DNA of 42,324 nucleotides from Escherichia coli (GTDB lineage Bacteria; Pseudomonadota; Gammaproteobacteria; Enterobacterales; Enterobacteriaceae): NCBI RefSeq assembly GCF_003334785.1, contig NZ_QOWV01000024.1; one strand, 5' to 3'. Shown piece by piece: positions 19,901 to 32,493 of this stretch (position 1 is its first letter; each line of letters starts with the position of its first letter). The notes under the pieces were generated by a model. It saw only the letters and a program-made list of their open reading frames with translations, ran no database searches and was not told where the DNA came from. The position numbers and the translations under genes were made by a program.

Positions 19901-21943
19901 ATGACGAATCCGTTACTGACTCCCTTTGAATTGCCTCCGTTTTCTAAAATTCTCCCGGAACATGTCGTTCCAGCCGTGACTAAGGCATTGAACGACTGCC
20001 GCGAAAACGTGGAGCGCGTAGTAGCGCAAGGGGCACCGTACACCTGGGAAAATCTCTGCCAGCCGCTGGCGGAAGTGGACGATGTGTTGGGGCGTATCTT
20101 CTCCCCGGTCAGCCACCTGAACTCGGTGAAAAATAGCCCGGAACTGCGTGAAGCCTACGAACAAACCCTGCCGCTGCTGTCGGAATACAGCACCTGGGTA
20201 GGGCAACATGAAGGGCTGTATAAAGCGTATCGCGACCTGCGCGATGGCGATCATTACGCCACGCTGAACACGGCGCAGAAGAAAGCGGTTGATAACGCAC
20301 TGCGCGACTTTGAACTCTCTGGCATAGGTCTGCCGAAAGAGAAACAGCAGCGTTACGGCGAAATTGCGACCCGTCTTTCTGAACTGGGCAACCAGTACAG
20401 CAACAACGTCCTCGATGCGACAATGGGCTGGACCAAACTCGTTACCGACGAAGCGGAGCTGGCGGGGATGCCAGAAAGCGCGCTGGCTGCGGCAAAAGCC
20501 CAGGCCGAAGCGAAAGAGCTGGAAGGTTATTTGCTGACGCTGGATATCCCAAGCTACTTGCCGGTAATGACCTACTGCGACAACCAGGCTCTGCGTGAAG
20601 AGATGTATCGCGCTTACAGCACCCGCGCCTCCGATCAAGGCCCAAACGCCGGTAAATGGGATAACAGCAAGGTGATGGAAGAGATCCTCGCGCTGCGTCA
20701 CGAACTGGCGCAACTGCTGGGCTTTGAAAACTACGCCTTTAAATCCCTTGCCACTAAAATGGCAGAAAACCCGCAGCAGGTGCTGGATTTCTTAACCGAT
20801 CTGGCAAAACGCGCGCGTCCACAAGGCGAAAAAGAGCTGGCGCAATTGCGTGCCTTTGCCAAAGCCGAATTTGGCGTCGATGAGTTGCAGCCGTGGGATA
20901 TCGCTTACTACAGCGAAAAACAAAAACAGCACCTCTACAGCATCAGTGACGAACAGCTGCGTCCGTACTTCCCGGAAAACAAAGCGGTTAACGGCCTGTT
21001 TGAAGTGGTTAAGCGTATTTACGGCATCACCGCTAAAGAGCGTAAAGATGTTGATGTCTGGCATCCGGATGTACGTTTCTTCGAACTGTATGACGAAAAT
21101 AACGAACTGCGCGGTAGCTTCTACCTCGATCTGTATGCCCGTGAAAACAAGCGCGGCGGGGCGTGGATGGATGACTGCGTAGGCCAGATGCGTAAAGCTG
21201 ATGGTTCTTTGCAAAAACCGGTCGCGTATTTGACTTGTAACTTCAACCGCCCGGTAAATGGTAAACCGGCGCTGTTCACTCACGACGAAGTGATCACCCT
21301 CTTCCACGAGTTCGGTCACGGCCTGCACCATATGCTGACCCGCATCGAAACCGCTGGTGTTTCCGGTATCAGCGGTGTGCCGTGGGATGCGGTCGAACTG
21401 CCGAGTCAGTTTATGGAAAACTGGTGCTGGGAGCCGGAGGCGCTGGCGTTTATCTCTGGTCACTATGAAACCGGCGAACCGCTGCCGAAAGAGTTGCTGG
21501 ATAAAATGCTGGCGGCGAAGAACTACCAGGCGGCGCTGTTTATTCTGCGTCAGCTGGAGTTCGGCCTGTTTGATTTCCGCCTTCATGCCGAGTTCCGCCC
21601 GGATCAGGGGGCAAAAATCCTCGAAACTCTGGCAGAAATCAAGAAACTGGTTGCCGTGGTGCCATCTCCGTCCTGGGGCCGTTTCCCGCACGCTTTCAGC
21701 CATATTTTCGCCGGTGGTTATGCCGCAGGTTACTACAGCTACCTGTGGGCTGACGTACTGGCGGCAGATGCTTTCTCGCGCTTTGAGGAAGAGGGCATTT
21801 TCAACCGTGAAACCGGGCAGTCGTTCCTCGACAACATTCTGAGCCGTGGCGGTTCAGAAGAGCCGATGGATCTGTTCAAACGCTTCCGTGGTCGTGAACC
21901 GCAGCTGGATGCGATGCTGGAGCATTACGGCATTAAGGGCTGA
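19901..21943 (+). CDS. prlC: Oligopeptidase A (M3 zinc metallopeptidase)
   Basis: The track ORF starts at 19862; the 680-aa PrlC sequence begins [17 protein letters not shown] at 19901 and contains the HEFGH zinc-binding motif. Confidence 0.95.
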   Translation: MTNPLLTPFELPPFSKILPEHVVPAVTKALNDCRENVERVVAQGAPYTWENLCQPLAEVDDVLGRIFSPVSHLNSVKNSPELREAYEQTLPLLSEYSTWVGQHEGLYKAYRDLRDGDHYATLNTAQKKAVDNALRDFELSGIGLPKEKQQRYGEIATRLSELGNQYSNNVLDATMGWTKLVTDEAELAGMPESALAAAKAQAEAKELEGYLLTLDIPSYLPVMTYCDNQALREEMYRAYSTRASDQGPNAGKWDNSKVMEEILALRHELAQLLGFENYAFKSLATKMAENPQQVLDFLTDLAKRARPQGEKELAQLRAFAKAEFGVDELQPWDIAYYSEKQKQHLYSISDEQLRPYFPENKAVNGLFEVVKRIYGITAKERKDVDVWHPDVRFFELYDENNELRGSFYLDLYARENKRGGAWMDDCVGQMRKADGSLQKPVAYLTCNFNRPVNGKPALFTHDEVITLFHEFGHGLHHMLTRIETAGVSGISGVPWDAVELPSQFMENWCWEPEALAFISGHYETGEPLPKELLDKMLAAKNYQAALFILRQLEFGLFDFRLHAEFRPDQGAKILETLAEIKKLVAVVPSPSWGRFPHAFSHIFAGGYAAGYYSYLWADVLAADAFSRFEEEGIFNRETGQSFLDNILSRGGSEEPMDLFKRFRGREPQLDAMLEHYGIKG

Positions 21944-21950
21944 TCATTCA

Positions 21951-22703
21951 GTGAAAATCTGCTTAATTGATGAAACAGGCACCGGAGACGGTGCCTTATC
22001 TGTTCTGGCGGCCCGCTGGGGGCTGGAGCACGATGAAGACAACCTGATGGCGCTGGTGTTAACGCCGGAACATCTGGAATTGCGCAAGCGTGATGAGCCA
22101 AAACTTGGCGGCATCTTTGTTGATTTTGTTGGCGGAGCGATGGCGCACCGACGCAAATTCGGCGGTGGTCGCGGTGAGGCGGTGGCGAAAGCGGTGGGCA
22201 TTAAAGGCGATTATTTGCCGGATGTGGTGGATGCCACTGCAGGACTTGGGCGCGATGCCTTTGTACTGGCTTCAGTCGGCTGCCGCGTGCGGATGCTGGA
22301 GCGTAATCCAGTGGTTGCCGCGCTACTCGACGACGGCCTGGCGCGTGGTTATGCGGATGCGGAAATCGGCGGCTGGTTGCAGGAGCGGTTGCAGTTAATT
22401 CACGCCTCCAGCCTGACGGCGCTGACTGATATTACCCCGCGCCCGCAGGTGGTTTATCTCGACCCGATGTTCCCGCATAAGCAGAAAAGCGCGCTAGTGA
22501 AAAAAGAGATGCGTGTCTTTCAGTCGCTGGTGGGACCGGATCTTGATGCCGATGGATTACTGGAGCCTGCACGCTTGCTGGCGACCAAACGCGTGGTGGT
22601 AAAGCGCCCGGACTACGCGCCACCGCTGGCGAATGTCGCCACGCCAAACGCGGTAGTCACTAAAGGGCATCGCTTTGATATCTATGCAGGTACGCCAGTG
22701 TAA
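21951..22703 (+). CDS. rsmJ: 16S rRNA m2G1516 methyltransferase
   Basis: Begins at the GTG (21951) 8 nt after the prlC stop: (V)[30 protein letters not shown]..., 250 aa. The track ORF extends upstream into prlC in the same frame. Confidence 0.9.
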   Translation: MKICLIDETGTGDGALSVLAARWGLEHDEDNLMALVLTPEHLELRKRDEPKLGGIFVDFVGGAMAHRRKFGGGRGEAVAKAVGIKGDYLPDVVDATAGLGRDAFVLASVGCRVRMLERNPVVAALLDDGLARGYADAEIGGWLQERLQLIHASSLTALTDITPRPQVVYLDPMFPHKQKSALVKKEMRVFQSLVGPDLDADGLLEPARLLATKRVVVKRPDYAPPLANVATPNAVVTKGHRFDIYAGTPV

Positions 22704-22711
22704 AACTAAAA

Positions 22712-22742
22712 CAGGGTAGCGATAACGCTACCCTGCTTTCTG
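22712..22742. terminator. Bidirectional terminator between convergent rsmJ and dtpB
   Basis: cagggtagcg-ataa-cgctaccctg (10-bp perfect stem) followed by ctttctg on the plus strand and preceded by an A-run. Confidence 0.55.
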
Positions 22743-22751
22743 CAAGAATAA

Positions 22752-24221
22752 TTAATGGCTTTCCGGCGTCGCAATCATGCGTTTCAGCCACGGCACCATC
22801 AACAGCATCACTACTGCAACGCCCAGCGTGACCAGACCAATCTTACCAAACACGTTGGTATAGACGGGCAACGTCTCAAGCGGATCGGTAATGTTGTCCG
22901 GCACCGCGGTAAATGTTGCCACATAGCCGCCCAGCAAGAACGCGGCAGCCTGCGTCAGGAACCACATCCCGAGAATAAAGCCCATCAAATGCTGCGGCAC
23001 CAGGGCAGCAATCATCGCCAGGCCAAGGGCGCTAATAAACAGTTCACCTAAGCTCTGGAATAAGTACACCAGCACGATAAACCATGGCGATGTCAGCCCT
23101 TGTGCATCCGCAAACCACATTCCCGCAGCTGCCGCCGTCAAAAAGCCCAGTGAGCACATAAACATGCCGAGAGTAAATTTCATCGGCATCGAGAGGTCTT
23201 TGCCTTTGTTACCCAGATGCGTGTAAATGCCTGCCAGTATTGGGCTGGCGAGTACCACCCAGAACGGGTTAAGCGCCTGGAAGCTGACCGGGTTGATGGA
23301 AAAACCGAGAATTTCATGATGCACGTTGTTGATGGCAAAGAAGTTCAGCGATGTTGGCATCTGGGCGTAGAGAATGTAAAACACCACCGCTTCGAGCATC
23401 AGGACAAAGGCGACAAACATTTTATTGCGCCCGGTTTTATCCAGCTTGAATGCCTGACGAAAGAAGATGATGGTGACGACGATGGAGAGAACAATCAGCA
23501 CCAGATTGGCGACTTCTACGTTGTGCATCAGCCATGCGCATACGAAGATCATCACCACGCTGCCAAGTAACACGTACAACAGTTTGCTGAAGCTCATTGG
23601 CCGGAAGTCGGGTTCAGAACCAATGTCTTTCACCATTCCACGACAGGCGATGTAAACCAGTAATGCGATAATTAACCCCGCCCCGCACAGGTTGTAGGTG
23701 ACTGAATAACCGAATCTATCAGCGATCACAGGGGCCAGCGATAACGCTATCAACGAGCCGATGTTGATCGACATATAGAACAGGGTGAATGCGCCATCAA
23801 GCCGCGGATCTTTCGGCGGATAGCACTTCGAAAGCAAGCTGGCTGGGTTAGCTTTAAACAGGCCGTTACCGACAGCGATAGTCCCCAGGGCGATGAAAAT
23901 CAGGTCAGGCTTAAGTAGCGACATGCCGGTCATGAAGTAGCCAATCGCCAGCACAAGTGCTCCAAGAACAATGGTGCGTTTGGTCCCCAGCAGGTGGTCG
24001 CCGACATAGCCGCCAATGGAAATGAGGCCATAGACCAGCGCAGCAAAAGCACCAAAAGTGACAAAAGCCTGCTCTTGCGAGAATCCAAGCTGTTTAACGA
24101 AGAAAACCGCCAGTACGCCCTGCACGCCGTAGTAGCCGAATCGCTCCCATAACTCGACAAAAAAGATCATGAAAAATGGGCGAGGTTGCTGCAGCATCCC
24201 CATGGGTGTTGTTGTATTCAT
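22752..24221 (-). CDS. dtpB: Proton-dependent di-/tripeptide permease (POT family)
   Basis: 489-aa polytopic ORF ([41 protein letters not shown]...), a POT/PTR2 signature matching DtpB (YhiP). Confidence 0.95.
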
Positions 24222-24480
24222 ATTTATTAACCTTCCAATACCATCCTGAAAAGTATGAACGCGTAAGGGATAACGCGCGAAAAAGTTTACATCTGTCAGA
24301 GATTCTTAATATTGATGCGGTGAATAGATTAATACACTATTACAACAGAAAATAACCAGATGATCACACTAATGATGGAAAATATGATGGTGTTAAATGT
24401 TGTATTGGCTGGGGATTTTGATTGCGTACGCAGACCGTAGGCCAGATAAGGTGTTTACGCTGATCAGGTAACAAGGCGCG

Positions 24481-24511
24481 CCAAAAAGCAAAACGCCCGC
24501 ATATGCGGGCG
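24481..24511 (-). terminator. Intrinsic terminator of uspA
   Basis: Hairpin cgcccgcatatgcgggcg (plus 24494-24511) followed on the minus strand by a U-run (plus aaaaagcaaaa), about 27 nt after the uspA stop. Confidence 0.6.
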
Positions 24512-24537
24512 TTCAGGAACACGTCGTAGAGGGAAGA

Positions 24538-24972
24538 TTATTCTTCTTCGTCGCGCAGCGGAACAATCAGCATATCAACGTGAACGGTGTTGATCAGCTG
24601 ACGTGCGGAAGACATCAGTTTGCTCCAGAAGTCCTGGTGGTGACCACAAACCACCAAATCCATATCGTATTTCTTGATTGCATCGACCAGAACCTGGCCC
24701 AGGTCGCCGCTGCCGCTCAGGGTTTCAGTGATTGGGTAGCCTGCATTAGTGGAAAGCTCGGTCAGTGCATGATGTGTCTCTTCAGAGATGCGTTTCTGCA
24801 TATCACCCAGATTCACATCAATAAGCCCGGTGTATAGGTCAGAGTAGTTTACATCTACGTGGATCAGAGAAACTTTCGCATTGTAGGGGCGAGCCATAGA
24901 GACTGCTTTCTCTACCAGAACTTTGCTTTCCGGGGAGAGGTCGACCGCGATGAGAATGTGTTTATAAGCCAT
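24538..24972 (-). CDS. uspA: Universal stress protein A
   Basis: 144-aa ORF ([39 protein letters not shown]...). Confidence 0.95.
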
Positions 24973-25362
24973 AGTGTTACTCCTTCCATAAAGTTGTCGA
25001 TGACTGGCCAGCTAGCGTTTCTTGTGCCGTTACGTCACCCGCGTCCTGCGAACTACGTGCGCGGGGCTAACCCAGCCGTAAAGATTCAGTGTTAAGACCA
25101 TCCTTACCTTATAGCGACCCGGATGATCCGTCAATCCGCCTTGCTTACTCGTTAGATAAACAAATTTTCGACATGAATATATTGATAGTGGTTAACCTTC
25201 TGGAAAAAAAACAACCTGATCTCCTACACTATCTATAGAGCCGCTCGTATGTTGGTCACCACAAAAGCGGTTTCTCCAGGACCTGGTGTTAACTGATTGG
25301 CAGCGTATCGGGAGCGGTAGCCCCGGGGTGGAACTCCGCGGGCAGGTCGCCGGGGAGGAGGT

Positions 25363-25698
25363 ATGATAAGCACCGTCGCATTATTTTGGGCTTTATGTGT
25401 CGTTTGCATTGTTAACATGGCGCGCTATTTCTCATCACTACGCGCGTTGTTAGTGGTACTGCGTAACTGCGATCCATTGCTCTATCAATATGTTGATGGA
25501 GGGGGCTTTTTTACCTCACATGGCCAACCCAACAAACAGGTGCGTCTCGTTTGGTATATCTATGCCCAACGTTATCGCGATCATCACGATGATGAATTTA
25601 TTCGCCGCTGTGAGCGGGTGCGTCGGCAGTTTATTCTGACCAGCGCATTGTGTGGTCTGGTGGTGGTCAGCCTGATTGCATTGATGATTTGGCATTAA
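25363..25698 (+). CDS. uspB: Universal stress protein B (small membrane protein)
   Basis: 111-aa ORF with two hydrophobic segments ([23 protein letters not shown]...), divergent from uspA. Confidence 0.95.
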
Positions 25699-25776
25699 GC
25701 ACTTCAGCAATAATAACGCATAAAAAAAGCGGGCCAGTAAACTGACCCGCTCGAGACTGATTACAAACGCAAAATT

Positions 25777-25875
25777 GCCTGATGCGCTACGCTTATCAGG
25801 CCTACATAATCTCTGCAATCTATTGAATTTGCATGTTTTTGTAGGCCGGATAAGGCGTTCACGCCGCATCCGGCA
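25777..25875. repeat. REP / BIME element cluster
   Basis: gcctgatgcgctacgcttatcaggcctac ... gtaggccggataaggcgttcacgccgcatccggc, inverted REP units between uspB and pitA. Confidence 0.6.
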
Positions 25876-25941
25876 TGAACAAAGCGCACTATGTCACAAT
25901 CTGAAGCGGGCCAGCTGACCCGCTCGTTTTGGTGCGTACGA

Positions 25942-27441
25942 TTACAGGAACTGCAAGGAGAGCCAGTACAGCCCGCCGGAAAGCAGTACCGCAGCCGGAA
26001 GGGTAAACACCCAGGCCATCAGAATGCTGGTCACGGTTTTACGCTGTAAGCCGCCACCATCTACCACCATCGTCCCCGCGACAGAAGAGGAGAGTACGTG
26101 AGTAGTGGAAACCGGCATCCCGGTATAACTCGCCAGGCCGATAGACACTGCCGCCGTCATCTGGGCAGACATCCCCTGAGCGTAGGTCATGCCTTTCTTA
26201 CCGATTTTCTCACCGATAGTCGTTGCCACACGGCGCCAGCCAATCATCGTACCGATACCTAACGCCAGCGCGACCGCCATGATGATCCACACCGGTGCAT
26301 ACTCGATGGTGCTAAGCATGTCGGACTTCAGTTTCTTCAACAGGCGCTGATCGTCAGCACTCACGCCAGGCATCTTCACCACTTTGTCGATAGTGTCAGA
26401 AACGCACAGCATAATGCGGCGCATCTGGCTACGTTGATCAAGCGACAGCTTGTCGTAGCTTTCCACATCGGTGGTCAACATACCTTTCAGGCGGTTGAGC
26501 GCGTTAATGGTATTCGACGGATGGCAGTGGAACTCCGCAGGTTGCGTTGCGCCAGCTTCCGGAGCCGGTACTAACTGATCAGCACCGGTAGCCTGTTTGA
26601 GCAGCGCAGGATGCTGCTCAAAGTAAGCTTCGACGTTGTTGATGGCATCACGGGTACGGGTGATTTCGTAGCCAGTGGCATTCATGTTCACCACGAAGCC
26701 TGCTGGCGCGACGCCAATCAATACCAACATAACCAGACCAATGCCTTTCTGACCATCGTTCGCGCCGTGCGAAAACGCCACGCCGATAGCGGAAAGGATC
26801 AGCGCAATACGCGTCCAGAACGGCGGCTTTTTCTTGCCGTCTTTCTTTTCACGCTCCGCTGGGGTCAGGTGGATACGGGCGCGTTTCTTGGTGCCGCTCC
26901 AGTAGCGACGCAGCAAGAAAATCAGACCGCCAGCAAACACCAGGCCGACAATAGGGGAAACGATCAGAGAACCGAAAATACTTAATACTTTCGGGATATT
27001 GAGTGCATCCACCACTGACGTCCCGGTCATCAACGCATTGGTTAAACCAATCCCGATGATCGCGCCAATCAGCGTATGAGAGCTGGATGCAGGTAAACCA
27101 AAGTACCAGGTACCCAGGTTCCAGATAATCGCCGCCAGCAACATAGAGAACACCATGGCAAGGCCATGAGACGATCCCATATTAAGCAGCAGATCCGTCG
27201 GCAGCATATGCACAATGGCATAGGCAACACTCAGACCACCCAGCAAAACACCCAAAAAGTTGAATACCGCCGCCATAACCACGGCGAGCTGAGAACGCAT
27301 CGCGCGGGTATAGATAACGGTTGCCACGGCGTTGGCTGTGTCATGGAAACCATTGATGGCTTCGTAGAACAGCACAAAAGCCAGTGCAAGCAATAATAAC
27401 AGCCCGGTATGCAAATCCAGGCCAGCAAACAAATGTAGCAT
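25942..27441 (-). CDS. pitA: Low-affinity inorganic phosphate / metal-phosphate transporter
   Basis: 499-aa polytopic ORF ([50 protein letters not shown]...). Confidence 0.95.
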
Positions 27442-27672
27442 AGGACGTTACGCCATTTTGAGGACATGAACGCGGCGCATTATCAGTGACTTTCGCGGCG
27501 CGGGCAAAGTGAAATATAGACTTTTTTTGATTTGCCCCCTGTATGGATTTCACTCAAAAAATAATTATCTTATATAATTCAGGCAAATACTTCCTTTTAG
27601 TAATATTGATGCTGGTGCGACCACTGAGGAATCTTTACAATTCACGCCCGTTTTTTCTAAGAGGAGCGCAAC

Positions 27673-28875
27673 GTGGAAAGGTTTGATGCCATTATTATAG
27701 GCGCTGGTGCGGCGGGTATGTTCTGTTCTGCGCTGGCAGGTCAGGCAGGACGCCGGGTTCTGCTGATCGATAATGGTAAAAAACCAGGGCGCAAAATCCT
27801 TATGTCTGGCGGTGGGCGCTGCAACTTTACCAACCTTTATGTCGAACCAGGCGCTTATCTGAGCCAGAATCCGCATTTTTGTAAGTCTGCACTCGCACGT
27901 TTTACCCAGTGGGATTTCATTGATCTGGTCAATAAACACGGCATCGCCTGGCACGAGAAAACGTTAGGGCAACTCTTCTGCGATGACTCCGCGCAGCAGA
28001 TTGTCGACATGCTGGTGGATGAGTGCGAGAAGGGCAATGTGACCTTCAGATTGCGTAGCGAAGTGCTGAGTGTGGCGAAGGATGAAACAGGCTTCACGCT
28101 TGATCTGAACGGCATGACTGTCGGTTGCGAAAAGCTGGTCATCGCGACTGGTGGGCTGTCAATGCCGGGGCTGGGCGCGTCGCCGTTTGGTTATAAGATT
28201 GCCGAACAATTTGGCCTCAACGTGCTGCCGACCCGCGCGGGTCTGGTGCCATTCACTCTGCATAAACCGTTGCTCGAAGAGTTACAGGTGCTGGCGGGCG
28301 TGGCGGTGCCTTCCGTGATTACCGCTGAAAACGGCACCGTTTTCCGTGAGAACTTACTCTTCACCCACCGCGGCTTGTCTGGACCGGCGGTGTTGCAGAT
28401 TTCAAGCTACTGGCAACCGGGGGAATTTGTCAGCATCAATCTGCTACCGGATGTGGACCTCGAAACCTTCCTGAATGAGCAGCGTAACGCACATCCGAAT
28501 CAAAGCCTGAAAAACACACTGGCGGTTCATCTACCGAAGCGGTTGGTTGAACGCTTACAGCAACTCGGGCAAATCCCGGATGTTTCGCTAAAACAGCTCA
28601 ACGTGCGTGACCAACAGGCACTGATTAGCACATTGACCGACTGGCGCGTACAACCCAACGGCACTGAAGGCTATCGCACTGCCGAAGTGACGCTCGGCGG
28701 CGTGGACACCAACGAACTCTCTTCACGGACGATGGAAGCGCGCAAAGTGCCTGGGCTGTACTTCATCGGCGAAGTGATGGACGTCACCGGCTGGCTGGGG
28801 GGCTATAACTTCCAGTGGGCGTGGTCGAGTGCGTGGGCTTGTGCGCAGGATTTGATTGCAGCAAAGTCGTCCTGA
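27673..28875 (+). CDS. yhiN: Predicted FAD-dependent oxidoreductase (BaiN / HI0933-like flavoprotein)
   Basis: 400-aa ORF, GTG start, with an N-terminal dinucleotide-binding motif (FDAIIIGAGAAGMFCSALAG). Confidence 0.9.
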   Translation: MERFDAIIIGAGAAGMFCSALAGQAGRRVLLIDNGKKPGRKILMSGGGRCNFTNLYVEPGAYLSQNPHFCKSALARFTQWDFIDLVNKHGIAWHEKTLGQLFCDDSAQQIVDMLVDECEKGNVTFRLRSEVLSVAKDETGFTLDLNGMTVGCEKLVIATGGLSMPGLGASPFGYKIAEQFGLNVLPTRAGLVPFTLHKPLLEELQVLAGVAVPSVITAENGTVFRENLLFTHRGLSGPAVLQISSYWQPGEFVSINLLPDVDLETFLNEQRNAHPNQSLKNTLAVHLPKRLVERLQQLGQIPDVSLKQLNVRDQQALISTLTDWRVQPNGTEGYRTAEVTLGGVDTNELSSRTMEARKVPGLYFIGEVMDVTGWLGGYNFQWAWSSAWACAQDLIAAKSS

Positions 28876-29134
28876 CCTATTTCCTAAAGATGAAAATTAT
28901 TAGAGTCGCATTAAAAATGAGCTAATTTTGATAGTGGTTATCTTGTGATTATTTTCTAATGAGCCCGTGAACTGAAACCCTCCATGCTTAATATAAGGTG
29001 GATGGAAAGGTGATTGAAAACTCACCCAGTGGCCAGATCTTTATGAAATATGAACAGGTTGAAAAAAACAGTAACTTTGCTGTTTTTTATACTTAACCAC
29101 TATGCATTAATGCTGCGTTATTTCATGATGCCTA

Positions 29135-29175
29135 AGAAAAACCAGCGTTACGCAAATGGTCAACGCTGGTTTTAT
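29135..29175. terminator. Bidirectional terminator-like hairpin between convergent yhiN and yhiM
   Basis: accagcgtt-acgcaaatggtca-aacgctggt flanked by an A-run upstream and a T-run downstream, about 15 nt after the yhiM stop. Confidence 0.45.
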
Positions 29176-29189
29176 CCGGTACGTTGCAA

Positions 29190-30242
29190 TTATTTTTTAG
29201 CAGAACCCGCTTCTAATATTGAAACGATTGAGAACAACGTAAAGCATACCGCTCCCAAACCGACCAGAACTCGCGAAGGAATAAAATATCCCATGTCGGT
29301 CTGCGCCATTTCCGCAAGAAACGATGCCAGGAAAAGGCAAAACAGGCAGGTGAAGACGGGAATCATCGGTATTCTGTTGGCTAACGAACAGGTACGTCTC
29401 CATACCAGTGCCAGTAGCCAGACTTTTGAGAATATGCTGTAACAGATCATTCCGAGGCAAATAAGAATAATGCCGGGAGCCAGTCGGGCGCTTGCATCGG
29501 AACTGACTAAGACGTATATCCCCTGCAGTACCGTGATTGAGCCGAGAAAAATAACCCAATAACACCACAGCCAGTGTTCTTTAGTTGAAAACGTATTACG
29601 TGTTTGATGGACAATTGTGGCAACAAGGCCAATTAGACAGGCACAGATTGCGGTTAACCCAAGCAATACGTGACCCGCGACATAATGCGGAGTTATGTCA
29701 GCACTACGTAACAGCGTAATAGACCAAATGAAACCGAGCAGGGTGAGTAAAACGGGAACGGCAATGAGGCAGTTACCGATTAATGAAGAATAAGCCTGTA
29801 CCGGTGTTCCGTCGCTCTTGCTCCCCGCTGCATTTTTGGGAATGAGCAGAAAGTGACCGGATGACGCTGCCACCGTCGATACACAGGCGGCAATCATACC
29901 AACGCCGAAAATAACATGGCCGGCGACAAACTCGTCTGCCATCACATCATTGCCTGCTAACAGTGCCCAACCCCATATCATGGTGATAATTGACCCCGCA
30001 TAGCCAATAATGGGGAACAATGTATTGTAAAACGTATTAACGCCGCGCGTGAGCTGCGAAATGATAATAAATGCGGTAGTGAATAATGCCAGGCATATGG
30101 CCGCCAGAGAAATCAGCACATGACCCGCGACGAAATACTCGCTTTGCCCTGAACTTTCCAGCACAAAGCCACCTAACGCGATACAAATTAAGCCCATAAT
30201 CAAAGGGATTAATTTGAAAAGCCACCCGATATATATGTTCAC
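29190..30242 (-). CDS. yhiM: Inner-membrane protein implicated in acid resistance
   Basis: The track ORF extends to 30341; the YhiM sequence begins (V)NIYIGWLFKLIPLIMGLICIALGGFVLE at a GTG (30240-30242) with a GGAG Shine-Dalgarno upstream, 350 aa, strongly hydrophobic. Confidence 0.85.
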   Translation of the reverse strand: MNIYIGWLFKLIPLIMGLICIALGGFVLESSGQSEYFVAGHVLISLAAICLALFTTAFIIISQLTRGVNTFYNTLFPIIGYAGSIITMIWGWALLAGNDVMADEFVAGHVIFGVGMIAACVSTVAASSGHFLLIPKNAAGSKSDGTPVQAYSSLIGNCLIAVPVLLTLLGFIWSITLLRSADITPHYVAGHVLLGLTAICACLIGLVATIVHQTRNTFSTKEHWLWCYWVIFLGSITVLQGIYVLVSSDASARLAPGIILICLGMICYSIFSKVWLLALVWRRTCSLANRIPMIPVFTCLFCLFLASFLAEMAQTDMGYFIPSRVLVGLGAVCFTLFSIVSILEAGSAKK

Positions 30243-30588
30243 TTTAAACTCCTCAGGTATCCCTGCTAATATTGAAATATGCATTAATGATAATTTCATC
30301 CTGTTAATATAATGACGAGATATCATTAAAGACAAATGCATAGCATAACTATAGCGGGGTTTACTTTGCAGAGCGCTACTTTTCAGCGTTCAAAAGGCCA
30401 TGATAAATAAAAATTTATCCTAAGATTAATTCTTATGCTGTTGTTTTTTACAATTATCTTCCAGGGAGGGATTATTCTTCATTATTTGGTAAAAGACCGG
30501 ATAGTCTCGGTGCTTAAAATCAGCGAACATATAAGTATTATTATTTTATATCGTCGTAAATCTGTTTTTCAGACAAGTATCATTTATT

Positions 30589-32232
30589 TTGTTACAAACA
30601 ATTCAAAAATATCACAGGTTATTTATGAAAGCAATTGACAATCAGATTAGAAACATCTCTTCAAGCCATCAAGATAAGCATTCAGATAAAGTTAACAGTC
30701 ATCAACACCATGGCAAGGTTGATAAAACACATCGTGCAAAGATAGTTGAATTTGATAAACTGGATAATGATTCGCAAATAGATAACGATTTTGGCCTGCA
30801 TATCATCTATTTCCTGCAACATGGTCACTGGAAGGTAAATGATCGTAGTCACCAGATGGAGAAAGTATGGTTTTATAATAGTGAACCTTCTATAGATATT
30901 CAAGAATATAATAGATTCGCCGACAATACTACTGATACGTTTATCTTTACAATTATACCAGACAATAACCATGTGTTAAAATTATCGTCTCCCATTACCG
31001 TTACTGTTGAGTGTAAGGGCGGTTATTATTTTATTAATTCCTCTGGAGATAAATCAGATATAATTTATAAAGTTGATGGGCTTTCTATCATAGCGAGAAA
31101 TTTCTTTACTCTTCTTAGTGGTAATTTCAAACCTGACTGGCGTTGGGATGTCTCTAAAGAGACGTTTACTAAGGAAAAGTTTGATAGCTATGTTAAATCT
31201 GTGTTTTCAAAAATAGACTTCTATAAACAGTGTGGTGTGATTAACCCACAAAATGCCAACACGGCTTATTTTGGCGATACAGATGGAAGAGTAGGCGCTG
31301 TACTTTATGCATTGCTCGTTTCAGGGCATATAGGCATCAGGGAAAAGGGTTGGAGTTTATTATGTGAATTATTAAAACACGAAGAGATGGCTTCATCTGC
31401 ATACAAACATAAAAATAATAAAGTGCTCTACGATTTATTAAATACGAGAGACATGATCTTGAATGAGTTGCATCAACATGTTTTTTTAAAGGACGATGCG
31501 ATAACCCCTTGTATCTTCCTTGGGGATCATACAGGCGATAGATTTAGTACTATTTTTGGTGATAAATATATCCTTACTTTGCTAAATTCTATGCGAAATA
31601 TGGAGGGTAATAAAGATAGCCGTATTAATAAAAATGTCGTCGTTCTGGCTGGAAATCATGAAATCAATTTTAATGGTAACTATACTGCACGACTAGCAAA
31701 TCATAAACTCTCTGCCGGTGATACGTATAACTTAATTAAAACGCTCGATGTTTGTAATTATGACTCAGAAAGGCAAGTTTTAACCAGTCATCACGGAATA
31801 ATAAGAGATGAAGAAAAAAAATGTTATTGTCTCGGTGCTTTGCAGGTTCCATTTAATCAGATGAAAAATCCTACTGATCCTGAGGAATTAGCCAATATTT
31901 TTAATAAAAAACATAAAGAACACATGGATGATCCTCTATTCCATCTAATCTGAAGCAATACTTTGAAACCCACACCTGTATATGCTAATTATTTTGATAA
32001 CACTACTGATTTCAGACCAGCACGTGAACGTATCTTCATATGTGGGGAGACACTCAAAGGTGAAGACCCCAGCAAATACATTAGACAAAAATATGGGCAT
32101 CATGGGCCCGGGGTAGATCATAATCAACAATTTGATAATGGTATTATGGGGCTAAATTCCCTGAAGGAAGCACGTGATAAAAATAATAAAATAATTTATT
32201 CCTCAGGGCTTAGTTGTTTTCAACCACATTAA
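30589..32232 (+). pseudogene. yhiL: yhiJ paralogue interrupted by a single in-frame TGA at 31951-31953
   Basis: A 454-codon ORF (30589-31953, TTG start in the track) and an 89-codon ORF (31963-32232) are in the same frame, separated only by one TGA. Both parts align with YhiJ (shared YFGDTDG..VGAVL, FLGD.TGDRFS, LAGNHE, HHGI; the C-terminal piece YF..TD.RP corresponds to yhiJ FNRYFSVSTDYRPK). Confidence 0.65.
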
Positions 32233-32493
32233 AACTCCATGAATACGGTGGTATGTCTTTTTAATCCTGCCAGTATTTCATAGGTTTTCTTAATCGATTG
32301 TAGAGGCATGTTCTGATGACGCCTCTACAATCTTTAGGGACTTTCTCTGCTATGAGATAAGAAATTTCATATTATGCTTTGAGGCTGAATGATTTGTGCA
32401 AAATATAATTATTTTCCCATCGAACATGAGGTGTATGTCATAAGATAAAATGTTAACTATGTATTCCTCGCGGTAAATAATATGAGGTAAAAT

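Noticed and set aside
19913..21703. Long minus-strand ORFs (266 and 303 codons) inside prlC
   Set aside because: Antisense to the oligopeptidase A frame, which has clear M3 peptidase motifs; these are reverse-frame artefacts with no start-site features.
29050..29442. 130-codon plus-strand ORF overlapping the 3' end of yhiM
   Set aside because: Mostly antisense to the yhiM coding frame and runs through the convergent terminator hairpin; a shadow ORF.
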